Source: Octopus bimaculoides (lineage: Eukaryota). From it: DNA of 64,000 bases. The position numbers and the translations under genes are program-made. This document shows, piece by piece, positions 26,700 through 39,244 of this stretch (the first letter of the stretch is position 1; every line of letters starts with the position of its first letter). The stretch lies in contig NC_068990.1 of the NCBI RefSeq assembly GCF_001194135.2, positions 92,264,132 through 92,328,131 on the forward strand, given 5' to 3'. The notes beneath the pieces were generated by a model. That model saw only the letters and a list, made by a program, of their open reading frames with translations. It ran no database searches and was not told where the DNA came from.

Positions 26700-27180
26700 A
26701 AAATGAGCATATTGTATAATAGTGGCACGCAATAAGCACCATGCATGCATGGGTCATTGCCAGTGCCACCTGACTGGTTCCCTGTGCCGGTGGCACATAA
26801 AAGCACCATCCGAATGTGGTCGATGACAGCCCCCACCTCAACTGGCTCCTGTGCCAGTGACACATGAAAAGCATCATCCAAACGTGGCCAATGCCACCCC
26901 ACTTCCGCTCCAATTGGCTCTTGCGCTAGTGGCACATAAAAAGCACCATCAGACGTGGCCGATGCCGGTGCCATCTGATTGGCTCCCATGCCAGTGGCAC
27001 GTAAAAATCACCCACTACACTCTCAGAGTGGCTGACATTAGAAAGGGCAACCAGCTGTAGAAGCATTGCCAGATCAGATTGGAGCCTGGTGCGGCCTCCT
27101 GGCTTGCAAGTCCCCAGTCAAACCGTCCAACCCATGCCAGCATGGAAAACGGATGTTAAATGATGATGATGATGATGATG
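26700..27180 (+). mobile_element. V-domain-like SINE with internal ~60-bp tandem amplification
   Basis: Four copies of actggctcc.gtgccagtggcac.taaaaagcaccatcc, then agaaagggcaaccagctgtagaa and a (GAT)n tail. Confidence 0.85.
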
Positions 27181-27761
27181 TGCTCAGGTACATAACAACT
27201 CCTCAGAAAAGATTACAAGAGGCAGCAGAAAGCAGACAGATACGTAAAAACAGACAGTAATGAAAGGTACAAGTACATGCAGAGTGTGCAGAATAAAACA
27301 CAAAAAGACATAAAAATGAACAACGTTAAAAGAATCATAAAGAGGGAAGAGTGCATAGGCATGTGTGTGTGTGTGTGTGTGTGTGAGTACAAAGTTTACA
27401 GTTTAGATAAAATGCTTCTCAAATATGCTTGTATCTGTGTAATGGCCAAGATAATATTCTAAACATACTATATCTTATCATTGTTGCTATTCCCCACAAT
27501 GACATGGAAGAATTTCATCTAAATTGGTGATAATTTCCTAAAACTGTATTTGCATCCCACAACAATTTCACCCTCTACAACCAGCAAAGATTATGATTTT
27601 TTTTTTTAAATCTTGTAGTCAGAAGTGTTTCATGACTCTTTACAGGGCCTCTGAGAGTAACGGGAAGGTGGGGGGCAGTTATCTTGAAACCAAAGGTCGG
27701 ACCTGAATGCTTGCAACAGTGGTCTCTGTACAAAGACCGATTTTCAACCAATAACAATATA

Positions 27762-28378
27762 CAGTGATAGATACCTTGCAGTACGAGTTTAATTCGTTCT
27801 ATGACTGAGCTCATCTTATGATTTACCCGTTTTACAAATTAATTTTTCCCATTGAAATTAACTAAAATATAATTAATCCATTCCAGCCCCTAAAACCAAT
27901 CAAATATTGGGTTGTCCGGAAAGTTCGTGCCGATTTATAGTAGCTTACCTTTTGACTTATTTGCCATGAAACCACCTCAATTCTGGGAAGAGGGTATTTT
28001 CAAGTTAAAGGAAAGATGGAGACGCATTGTGCAACAAAATGGTTCATATTTGGTTGATTAAAAATGTAATGGCAAGTATTTATTGACCTTTTTCTTTTCT
28101 TTAAAAATCAGCACAGACTTTCCGTAAAACCCAATATAATTTTTTATGGGTTTTAAAACAGAAAAGGTGTAATTACAAGTAAAATGACAATTATAAAAAA
28201 GAGAATACAAAAAAGATATGTAAAGTGATTTTATTAACTTAATTACTTTAAAGATGGGACGATCTGTGTGCTCATACTGCAGATTTCCACTCGTACTTCA
28301 TGAAACAATTCGTACAAATCTCAGCTTGTACAGTAAATTACTTGTTTAGTGGGACACTAGTACAGCGAGGTTCTACCG
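27762..28378. mobile_element. possible Tigger/pogo-like element
   Basis: ta|cagtgatagataccttgcagtacgag ... gtacagcgaggttctaccg|ta. Weak TIR match; may be two separate pieces. Confidence 0.4.
27907..28134 (+). mobile_element. mariner deletion derivative (MITE)
   Basis: TIRs ttgggttgtccggaaagttcgtgccgattt / aaatcagcacagactttccgtaaaacccaa with TA TSD; retains the transposase C-terminus GIFKLKERWRRIVQQNGSYLVD*. Confidence 0.9.
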
Positions 28379-28404
28379 TATTTATAACACATTTTGTATG
28401 GAAA

Positions 28405-28570
28405 TGTATGCAAAGTGGCAAACTGGCAGAATTGCTGGCACGCTAGGCAAAATGCTTAGCAGTATTTCATTTGCCATTACGTTCTGAGTTCAAATTCCAC
28501 CAAGGTCAACTTTGCCTTTCATCCTTTTGGGGTTGATTAATTAAGTACCTGTTACGCACTGGGGTTGATG
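28405..28570 (+). mobile_element. SINE type M
   Basis: gtggcaaactggcagaattg...gttctgagttcaaattccaccaaggtcaactttgcctttcatccttttggggttgat. Confidence 0.9.
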
Positions 28571-28574
28571 TCTT

Positions 28575-28744
28575 GTTTTCAAAAGTTTTGAATTAAAATC
28601 TTCCACCAAACCTTACACACAATTTATGTTCCTAACACTAGATTAATGGTAACTTAAGTTATTTTACAAAATACTTTGTTATATTAAAAATAATAGAGAG
28701 AAAAACAGAGCATCTCAACAGAAATACAGTAACGAAAGGGTTAA
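28575..28744. mobile_element. TTAA-ended (piggyBac/Kolobok-type) MITE, one end
   Basis: Ends gtaacgaaagggTTAA; a matching TTAAccctttcgttac end occurs at 30847. Confidence 0.55.
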
Positions 28745-29483
28745 GAAATTCTAGGTTATATCGGTGTCTCTTGCTGTAGTAAACTATAGCACACAACAAC
28801 TGGATTTATATATATATATAGATATACATATATATATTAAAAAAAAGCAGATTTAGTGCCAGAATAAACAGAAGCACAAACAGATTATCAGCTTGGAATA
28901 TTCCCTTTGAAAATAGTTATAATATTGGAAGCATTTGGTCTAGTTTCAACGATAAGTGTGAGGATTGCTCAACAGGTTTTTGTAAGTCTACAAATGACTG
29001 CAACTAAGACAGCAGACATTTTTGCCATGTGCAATGACTTCAGCACCATCAGTGAGAAATAGAATCAACTGACTGTCTGTAATCAAGCCATTCTCTTTTA
29101 ACAAAGTTTCTGCAATGCTTCCTTCATTTGAATAGCACATGTATGTACATACATAAATGTGTGTGTGTGTGTATGTGTGTGTACATATGTATGTCTAGAT
29201 ATGTATGTGCATGTCTTTGTATGTGTGTGTATATGTGCTTGTGTGTTTGTGTATGGGTGTATGTATGTCTAGATATGTATATGCATAAATCTGTATGTGC
29301 GTATATGTGTGTGTATCCTGTGTGTATGTGTGATATGAGGCCTGTGAAATAAAGGGGAAAAACAGTGAGAAATGATGAGTGAACAAATTGTGAAGAAACA
29401 AGAGAAGCCAAGAAGAAAAAACAAGAAGATGTCTAGATATCATATATCATATATATGCATATGTCTTCACATATGTGTGTGTA

Positions 29484-29560
<77 letters not shown>

Positions 29561-30331
29561 NNNNNNNNNNNNNNNNNNNNNNNNNNNNNNNNNNNNNNNN
29601 NNNNNNNNNNNNNNNNNNNNNNNNNNNNNNNNNNNNNNNNNNNNNNNNNNNNNNNNNNNNNNNNNNNNNNNNNNNNNNNNNNNNNNNNNNNNNNNNNNNN
29701 NNNNNNNNNNNNNNNNNNNNNNNNNNNNNNNNNNNNNNNNNNNNNNNNNNNNNNNNNNNNNNNNNNNNNNNNNNNNNNNNNNNNNNNNNNNNNNNNNNNN
29801 NNNNNNNNNNNNNNNNNNNNNNNNNNNNNNNNNNNNNNNNNNNNNNNNNNNNNNNNNNNNNNNNNNNNNNNNNNNNNNNNNNNNNNNNNNNNNNNNNNNN
29901 NNNNNNNNNNNNNNNNNNNNNNNNNNNNNNNNNNNNNNNNNNNNNNNNNNNNNNNNNNNNNNNNNNNNNNNNNNNNNNNNNNNNNNNNNNNNNNNNNNNN
30001 NNNNNNNNNNNNNNNTATATGTATATATATATATGTATGTATATATATATGTGTGTATATATATGTATATATATATATATGTATGTATATATATATGTAT
30101 GTATATATATGTATATATATATATATATGTATGTATATATATGTATATATATATATATGTATGTATATATATGTATATATATTTGAAGGTTTGGAGGTGA
30201 TGTACAGAAATTATATAGAAAGAAATTTTTATTAAGGTACTCAGAAACCTGGATGTTTGTACATTTACAGATTTTTATTAATGTCACATATTAAATGAAG
30301 TGCTTTTCACCTAGTCGTGTAGGTTTTTCAA

Positions 30332-30366
<35 letters not shown>

Positions 30367-30974
30367 TATGTATGTATATATATGCATGTATATATACATG
30401 TATATATATATACATACATGATGGTAAGTTGATAAGTTTGGTTTGTGGGTAGATAGGATGCAAATGGAATTTGCTTAGTTTGTTATATAAGTTTTACAAG
30501 AAAGCAGAAATCTGTGTTAAGTATTTCTTGGATATGGTGTTATCTGGAAGTAGAGCATATCTAGATATGTTCTACTTGTTTGGTTGTTTGAAAAAAGCAG
30601 GACTCATTCAGTGACAGTTTATATTTCTGCACTGACTTGAAAAAAAAAAGTTAGTGAACAATCGTAACTATTTCTCAACAAAATAATCAAAGTGGACACT
30701 AACTTGTTCGGATTTTCATTCGTGTGTGTGTGGTGGTGGTTGCATATGTGTGTGAGGTGGTGGTGATGGTGGTGGGGTTTGCATGTGTGTATGTGTGAGA
30801 ATGTGTATAAAAAAACACTGTCAATGCAACATACATAACATGTTGCTTAACCCTTTCGTTACTGTATTTATTTTGAGATGTATATATATATATATATATA
30901 TTACAGAAAATACAGGAAATCTTAAATGCTTTGAAGATTGTGTAAGTACCCATAGAAGATGGAAAAAATGTGGC

Positions 30975-31110
30975 CAGCAAGCCACTACGGAACTCTCTAC
31001 CCCTAAAATTCCATGCTGAGCGGTCTGTACCATTAAGCTAAGTGACCCTTGATTCGGGCTCAGCCAGAACTCCAGAGGTACAGAGTTCCATTCCCTACAG
31101 TGGCTTGCTG
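30975..31110. repeat. imperfect inverted repeat
   Basis: cagcaagccact / agtggcttgctg are perfect; inner ggaactctctacccct pairs with agaggtacagagttcc at 14/16. Confidence 0.75.
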
Positions 31111-31989
31111 ATCACTTTTTGCTGTATTTATCCAATCTTCTAAGTAATTTGCACAGCTATTCTGCATTCAAGATTTCCTCTATTCTCTGTAAAATACTCA
31201 CTTGGTTCCTTCAAAGTTTATATATATATATATATATATACATACACACACACACATACACAAAGAAAGACACAGTTTATTGTGTCTCCCCATGTTTTAA
31301 CTGAGTACTCCCACCTCCTATAGTTCTGATTAGATAAACCTTTCGGTATGATGTAATGATAAATTGGTGAAATGCCAAACTGTGGCACCATGGCCCAATT
31401 CTAGCAAATATCAACAAGTCTCAAGTAATTCTACATGGCAAGTGTAGTACTATGTCTCCCAATTCTGTTACAGAAAAATAGAAATGTCACTCTACACACA
31501 CCATACACACACACACACAAGCATACACATACACACACATACATGTGTGTGTATATAAATACATACATATATGTATGTGTCAGTGTGTGTGTGTGTGTGT
31601 GCATGTAGGGTATGTATGTATATATGTATGTATGTATGTATGTATATAGTTAAGGAGAAATAGATGGAATAAACCCAGACATATAACTCAGTAAGTAGTC
31701 CATGTACACAAAACCCAGCTAACAGGATGTCCAATCAGGTTTATAATAATTTGTCACAGGTTGCTACTTTTATGTGACAGGTACAAGTTGTAAATGGAAA
31801 ATCCAGACAACTCACTACTTTTAATGTATTAATCACTCAATATGTTTGTTACAGTTCTATATTTAAGACATGGGGAATTATGTACTTTAGTTACATAATT
31901 CCAAGTTCGATTCCAAGCAGTGACCTGAATAATAATAATAATATTTAATAATAATAATAATAATGATAATAATAATAACAACAACATCG

Positions 31990-32125
31990 AAAAATACATT
32001 AGGAATGAGAACCCAGGTTCAAAATTTTCCCAAGACACCTGATGAAGGCTGGAGGGTATATCAGCCGAAATGTTGTATGAACAACAAACAAGATGAGGAT
32101 AAATATCCGTCAAATGTAAATAATG
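31990..32125 (+). mobile_element. Penelope-like pLTR family B with hammerhead relic
   Basis: GACAC-CTGATGA-A-GGCTG(gagggtatat)CAGCC-GAAA-TGTTGTATG. Core and stem II are intact; stems III and I are mutated. Confidence 0.8.
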
Positions 32126-32505
32126 TACTAAATATATTTGTAAAAAAAGAAGAAAAGAATCAGGGATAATATCCATTTGATACTTCATTCTCTCACGTAC
32201 GTTTCAATGACTGGATTATAGAACAGTTGCCTTCTGAGCCATTTTTCTCAAAGTTTTATAAGTATTTCAGTGATATTTTTAGGGCTTTGAAAAAAATGGC
32301 TTGGAAGGTAACTGTTGTGTGTAAACTGGTTGATTAACTGATCAATTAGTGTAGTGATTAAGCATGCAAATTCCTGTGCATATATATATATATAATGAAT
32401 GTGTGAGTGCATGTACACACACACACACACATGTATGTATGTGCTTGTGAATGTGTGTGTGTGTATGTATGTATGCATGCATGCATGTATGTATGTATGT
32501 ATGTA

Positions 32506-32549
<44 letters not shown>

Positions 32550-32680
32550 TGCTTGTTCAATAAGTTTGTGTAGTTGATGCCCTGGACTTGCACTGACTGA
32601 TGGACTCAGATTCTGCTCATAGCCAAATGTGTTTCCTATACATAATAACCTTTTACTTCAAAGCTTCAGCATTGTAACTA

Positions 32681-32711
<31 letters not shown>

Positions 32712-32714
32712 ATC

Positions 32715-32865
32715 ATCATCATCATCACTATTATCATCATTTCATATCCATGTTCCATGCTGGTATGGTTTGGACAGGATCCAATGAGTCCAAGGACTGC
32801 ATCTTACTCCAATGCCTGCTTTGGCATCATTTCTATGGCTGGATGCCCTTCCTAATGCCAAACGC
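32715..32865 (-). mobile_element. V-domain-like SINE tail
   Basis: (CAT)n...catgctggtatggtttggacagg...tttctatggctggatgcccttcctaatgcca. Confidence 0.85.
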
Positions 32866-33552
32866 ACAATATATGTATGTATAGAGAGACAGACAGATTA
32901 GATATTAGGTTTTCAACTGTGATATTGGAGTATAAGAATGTAAACATTCCTTCTGTGCTTTCTATATGCAGAGAAAAAGATGAATCTTGTGGTTTGTTGA
33001 TTGCCCCCCAGAAAGGATGTGTCCAATCTCATTTACCAATTGATGACATAGAAATTCAACTGCTGTATAAATCAGTTAGGAATTTCACTACTACTTTGGT
33101 TGATAGCTTAATTTGCATATTTGTTGCTTAGATGAGTTTTCATTAATTAAACAGTTATATTTTATGCACAATATAGTGTCAATTAGATGAATTGAAATTT
33201 TAAATACTTGAAAACTTTCAGCTATGAGAGTAAATTATATCAATGTATATACATTCCCTCAATGTGTAGATTTGTTGGAAATCACCAGGCAATTAGTTAG
33301 GTCTACTTCATATAAATCCTGCCCTGTCCTGCTAAAGGCCTTTTAGGGCTCTACCAAGTGCCACTGTCCATTTATTTACAGTCATTTGACATCTCTTAAA
33401 AACTTATACAGTTCCTGAATTCTTGGCAAATGTTCTAAATAGGTGCAGCATTTGTGACCAAGTGAAAGAGGAGCTTTAACCCTTTAACATTTAAACCTAC
33501 CATGTCTGGCCCAAATATTCTACTTGTTTTATGTTCAAAGACATGAACAGAA

Positions 33553-33589
<37 letters not shown>

Positions 33590-34800
33590 TTATATGACTA
33601 CACATTTTTAAAGTTATATGGGAAAATAAGAGAAATGAATCAGATTTAGAATGTTTGAGTGTTAATATATACAACGAAACAGAAGTATTAATACAAAAAG
33701 ACACTTGAAAATGAAACCAAGCCACATATTGAATCATATGCGCACACACACACATGCACGCACGCGTGCACACACACACACACACACGCACACACACACA
33801 CACACACACACATTGTGCTTAAAGTAATAAGATGCTTGCAGGAATCTATAACTATGCGTTGCAGATATTACAAAGAGTTTTGTATTTATATACACTGAAA
33901 TTGGAGAATTCAGTAAGTGATGTAATTTCATTTCAAGTGACCCATGATATTAGCTGTTATTTTATATCATTATGTGTGCACAAGTATGCACATGTGTGTG
34001 TGTGTCTTAGTTTTAATCACTGGAATGTGGCCAGAGCTGGGAGTCATTATCTTGAAAGGTTTTAGTTGATCAAGTGAGCCACATTTCTTTTTTTTTTTAA
34101 TCCAGTTCTGATTCCCTTGATCATTGTTTTGTCGAACTGCTAAGTTACAAGAACATAAACAAACAGCGATCACCAGATCTTTTAGGTTTAAACTGCTTCT
34201 TCCAATTTTGTTGAAAATTTCTACAAAGATGTAATTTTGCATGATGATGATGACAACCGTTTTATGGGGGTTGCTACTTTTTTCCCTAAATCTGACAACA
34301 CTAATCACAACAAATTATTATTTTTGGAGAAATTAATAATAAAGACATTACATAAACCTTTAAAGATGAAAATATTTAATGAAAGAAAATAATTGCAACA
34401 AATTTTGAAATTCACTACAAACCCAACAGCAGCAAAAAGTGCAGTCTTAATTTAGCAGAGAAATAAGGAATACAGTTTCCCCATTTCCATCATGTGACCA
34501 CACATGCTCTTCAACCACTCCCTTCATATTACTCCTCATCCCTATCTCTCTCTTCTTCCTCACCCTTTCCCCTTCATCATCCCACAACCAATAATGAGTA
34601 AGAGAGACCAAACTAAGGGGTATAACTCTGATGGGCTTTTGTCAATTGTTTTTTTTTTTTTTCCATTCATGAGTGTCATTCCCCTTTTGTTTTCACATCT
34701 CTGGGAGGAATAAACCCTTTATGGTGATCTCAGGTCACCAGTAATACAAGGTCTAAGTTATACTTTACTATTCAGCCATGTATTCGAACTGTTAATTTAC

Positions 34801-34854
34801 CTTGCCACGCTTGAAAGGTTCTTCTTCAAGAAACCGCTCGGTAACATGAATTGG
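34801..34854 (-). CDS. candidate coding exon
   Basis: tttagtctcataacag|CCA ATT...GGC AAG|gtaaat. 54 nt, phase 0 to 0, PIHVTERFLEEEPFKRGK. Confidence 0.25.
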
Positions 34855-34913
34855 CTGTTATGAGACTAAATATATAATAGTATGTATGTACGTACACACA
34901 CACACACACGTGC

Positions 34914-34915
<2 letters not shown>

Positions 34916-34972
<57 letters not shown>
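34916..34972. repeat. (GA)n microsatellite
   Basis: Direct inspection. Confidence 0.95.
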
Positions 34973-34976
<4 letters not shown>

Positions 34977-35192
34977 AAGGGGGAGAGGGAGAGAGACGTG
35001 TAATGAAAGAAACGTGGGAAACAGCAAAAAGGACAATAAAATCCATTGAAAATCTTATTTCTTCATGGGTCTGTGCACACAGTATAATTATATACAAGTG
35101 TATAAACATACTATCTAGATAGTCATTTGAATTCTTAATTCTTAATTCTTTTCCTAACATCCAAGATCTTCTTTCAAACAATTTCTTTTCAC

Positions 35193-35269
35193 CTCCTCGT
35201 CATTAAGGCCACGCACCTTCATGACCAATCCATAAAGAGCGTTGCAGGAAGCAATACGGAGGGAGAATG
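35193..35269 (-). CDS. candidate coding exon
   Basis: tactctttactgccttttcttaag|CA TTC...GAG GAG|gtgaaa. Phase 1 to 0, FSLRIASCNALYGLVMKVRGLNDEE. The acceptor is a weaker AAG. Confidence 0.18.
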
Positions 35270-35570
35270 CTTAAGAAAAGGCAGTAAAGAGTACATTCTG
35301 TTCTTCAAGGAGCAAAATCACCGTTGCAGCAAAAGTGACAAAGCATTTCTTTGTTACTGTCATGTTAAAATGATTCATAAAGATCCAAGAGAGTAAATAA
35401 AAAGTGTAATAAGTGGAGAACAGAAGACACACAAAGGAAATGGAAGCTCCAGTGAAACTATTAACTACCAATCAAAGCTTAATATTTCTTGCTCAATCCG
35501 GCTTGCAATCAACCAAAAAAAAAAATAGAGCGAGATTTATATCGACGTCATGCCGGGTACTATCACCCAC

Positions 35571-35668
35571 CTTCCAGGAAAAAAATTCCTTTGCCAGAAT
35601 TTATCTCTTCCAATCTTAAACTCGTACTTCGAATGTGTAAACATCCGTCTAAACTTGTTTGCAGAAAG
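35571..35668 (-). CDS. candidate coding exon
   Basis: cctgtccttcag|CTT...GGAAG|gtgggt. 98 nt with two open frames (LSANKFRRMFTHSKYEFKIGRDKFWQRNFFPG or FLQTSLDGCLHIRSTSLRLEEINSGKGIFFLE). Confidence 0.25.
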
Positions 35669-36304
35669 CTGAAGGACAGGTTTTTAGTGAAATATAAACT
35701 TCAAACAGGAAGGTAAAGATCACACCGACACATACACATGCAGACGCATACCCTCATACACGCACGCAAACACACATGTATAAAATGTATGTATAAGTGT
35801 GTATACATATATGTATGTATATATACACTCTAAGTAATTGTCTACTGAATTCTTATTAAGCATAGTCCATTATATATATATATANNNNNNNNNNNNNNNN
35901 NNNNNNNNNNNNNNNNNNNNNNNNNNNNNNNNNNNNNNNNNNNNNNNNNNNNNNNNNNNNNNNNNNNNNNNNNNNNNNNNNNNNNNNNNNNNNNNNNNNN
36001 NNNNNNNNNNNNNNNNNNNNNNNNNNNNNNNNNNNNNNNNNNNNNNNNNNNNNNNNNNNNNNNNNNNNNNNNNNNNNNNNNNNNNNNNNNNNNNNNNNNN
36101 NNNNNNNNNNNNNNNNNNNNNNNNNNNNNNNNNNNNNNNNNNNNNNNNNNNNNNNNNNNNNNNNNNNNNNNNNNNNNNNNNNNNNNNNNNNNNNNNNNNN
36201 NNNNNNNNNNNNNNNNNNNNNNNNNNNNNNNNNNNNNNNNNNNNNNNNNNNNNNNNNNNNNNNNNNNNNNNNNNNNNNNNNNNNNNNNNNNNNNNNNNNN
36301 NNNN

Positions 36305-36650
36305 GCATATATGGGTACAGGACATTGCAAACAAACGTAGACGAGAACACACGAGCCACATAGAGAACATCTCCTTCATCAGCCACCCACATTTTAACAC
36401 CGGCGTTTCGACGAGCTTGGGCAGGACGCATCGCTAAAACGGCTCGTCCCATGGATCGCAGATTAAATTTGTATACGCAAATTAAATCTAGCCATGGAGG
36501 AATGTAGTGGCGGACAAAAAACAAGACAGGAAAACAAACAGAAAAGGCTTTACGGCCAGACGAGAAAAATTATGTGTGTAAGAACGCGATGAGGCACGGA
36601 CCCGAGAGGGACAAAGTGGTGCGTGCGTTGCTTGGCGAAAGCCAATATAT
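36305..36650 (-). mobile_element. Penelope-like family C fragment with hammerhead-like relics
   Basis: Minus strand has GACGAGC...GCTCGTC-GAAAC and, 23 nt later, CTGATGA-A-GGAGA(tgt)TCTC. Flanked by (TA)n or a gap on both sides; its end is shared with 8423. Confidence 0.6.
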
Positions 36651-38164
36651 ATATATATATAATATATATATATAGCTCAAATATTCTCCGTATAGAGTAC
36701 ACTTAGAAGAGGTTTAAACTTGAGAGGGTTGATAAGTGAAGTTAAGGATAAGCGAGTAAGACAGGTCAACATATAAAGTATATTAAATACGTGCATTACA
36801 AAAATGTGTATGTTTGCATACAAAAAGGTCTGATTTACGCAGAATAGAAATGATATCAAGAAAGGGGTTGAAGAAAAATCTTAAATTTATTTGCATGTGT
36901 GTATGCATTCGTGCACGCACGTACGCATTCGCGCGCGCGCATAAACGCACATGCCCGCATCCAGACAGTCACATGCACAGAAATGAAAGTGCTCTATGTG
37001 AAATCAAGTTATCTTTAATCTCTGAACGGGCGTACATGTTAAACTGATATACGATTACGTTGGCGACGATAAAATTGTGATTAAATATGAACTTAGGACG
37101 GAGTGCTACTGACAGTTCGTGTTTGTTTCTAAAAGCGCAACTCGTCTTCGTTTTGTAAGAGAGTATTTCTTTTTTTTCAACACCACACTGCAAACAACCC
37201 TTGGAGAATAAGATGTAATTTGTCAAAAATTACATTCCTCTATGATGTAGTGGTGGTTGATCGTGGACATAGGTGTTGTTTTTTATTCAGATTAGCAATA
37301 GCTGAGCAGACCTACGACCACACGTTCCAACCGTGGCCATTTTATCTTTTATATTAAGATATAATATAGGCTTACCTTATCTGGTGTGTCCCTCCTTGTT
37401 GAAGGCAGTAGAGTGTAATTTGAAAGAGATTAGTTTGCTACTATCTCTAGCAAGTCCGACTCTTAAGCAGTGTTCCTTTTAAGCCTCTGTGGTGGGATAT
37501 GAAAAGAATGTTACTGACGACAAAAAGGGTGATGATGGGTCCATCAATACATCTTTTGAATACATTCATTTTCAAAGACTGTTTGAATTTTTATTGCATT
37601 TTACAAATCTTCTGGTAATATTAATGGTCAGAATAAGGTGGCAAATTGACAGAATCATTAGAACAATTGCTTTGCGGTGTTTCTTTTGGCTTTTACATTT
37701 TGGCTTTTACAAATGCTGCTGAAGTCGGCTTTGCCTTTCATCCTTTAGGAGTCGATAAAATAAGCACCAGTTGAGTATTGGGGGTCAATGTAATCGATTT
37801 TTCTCATTCTCTCCACTCGAAATTGCTGAACTTTCACCAAGATTAGAAAGAGTATTTGGGGTCAAAATGTTTTGACATTCCAAGTAGTCTGAATGGTGAT
37901 CAACATGTGGCAACGTTTTTGTGATTGATTTCATTTGTTTATCTAATTGAATTGTAACAAAGTGGTGTTGAAGAAATGTTTTTATAAGAAAAAGAAAGAC
38001 GGGGAGGAGGATGAAAAAAAGTGGTTGCATGGTTAAGAAACTCACTTTGGAAACACAGATTCAAGTTGAGTCCCAATGCGCAGAATTTTGGACAAGTGTC
38101 TTTTTCTATAACCCTGCACTGAGAATGAATATGATGTGCAGAATCTGTGTGAAAGACCGTAACA

Positions 38165-38350
38165 TTTACATGTGTTTGTGTGTTTGTATATGCTGGTGTG
38201 TTTACGTTCCCGTAACTTAGCGGTTCGGCAAAGAGACCGATAGAATAAGTACTAGGCTTACAAAGAATAAATCCTGGGGTCGATCTGTCGACTAAAGGCG
38301 GTGCTCCAGCACGGCCGCAATCAAACGACTGAAACAAATAAAAGTAAAAG
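38165..38350 (+). mobile_element. SINE type A 3' half
   Basis: cgtaacttagcggttcggcaaaagagaccgatagaataagtactaggcttacaaagaataaatcctggggtcgat. Confidence 0.9.
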
Positions 38351-38921
38351 AAATATATATATTCGTTTAGACGCAACAAAATTTTTAGAAAACTAAAAAA
38401 CAAATAAGTGAAAATTTTACCGGTGAGGGTACTAAATTATAAGGCACTAAAAGAGAATGACTCTCCCCAGGCACNNNNNNNNNNNNNNNNNNNNNNNNNN
38501 NNNNNNNNNNNNNNNNNNNNNNNNNNNNNNNNNNNNNNNNNNNNNNNNTATGTATGTTTGTGGTTTGTTCCCACCACAGCTTGAGTACTATCGTTGATTT
38601 GTTTATCTTCCCATAATTTAGCAGTTTCACATTAAAAAAATAAGTATACAAGGGTTGCTTTGTTCTACTAACCTTTCAAGACGATGCCCCAACATGGCTG
38701 TGGTCCAGAGATGGAAACAAGTAAAAGGTAAAAGACGGATCTCTTATATAGAAGCTCTGCTGTTTCTTTATAAAGATTCTTCATTCTTGACAATTGACTC
38801 AAAGGTAGATGTGAATAGTAAGTGTTCCTGGTGCTACAACAGTCCCATCAAACAACATAGGACCACCACAGGTCAGCATGTATTAGCCTTCAACTAATAC
38901 TTAATAATTCTTTCGTCTGCT

Positions 38922-39244
38922 GGGCGATCTTTCAATACCAGTCCGAAATATCGGCCTTTTCCGTAAAAAATGTTGGAGGGAAAGAGGGAAACGACGTCGT
39001 TAGGGTTTTAGGGTTAGGGTTTGAGTTGGGGAATTCCGTCCCTAACCGTAACCCTAACCCTAAACACTAACCCTAACTCTAAAACTAACCCTAAAACCCT
39101 AACCCTGACACTAAAACCCTAACCCTAACACCCTAGTGAAGATCGTGCGGGTGTTACGGAAAAGGCCGATCTTTGGTAAAGATCACCGAAGATACTTTTT
39201 ACGGAAAAGGCCGATATTTCGGACTAGTATCGAAAGATCGCCTC
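38922..39244. mobile_element. TIR element containing head-to-head telomeric repeats
   Basis: ~48-bp TIRs (gggcgatctttcaataccagtccgaaatatcggccttttccgtaaaaa and its complement). Interior is degenerate (TTAGGG)n-GGAATTCC-(CCCTAA)n plus an extra sub-terminal copy with hairpin GATCTTT-ggt-AAAGATC. Confidence 0.85.

Noticed and set aside
37378-37490. Strong minus-strand donor GATAAG|gtaagc
   Set aside because: Upstream sequence is a SINE-tail-like repeat with stops in all frames.
38999-39135. True chromosome fusion site or telomere
   Set aside because: Arrays are short, degenerate and enclosed by TIRs, so a mobile element explains them better.
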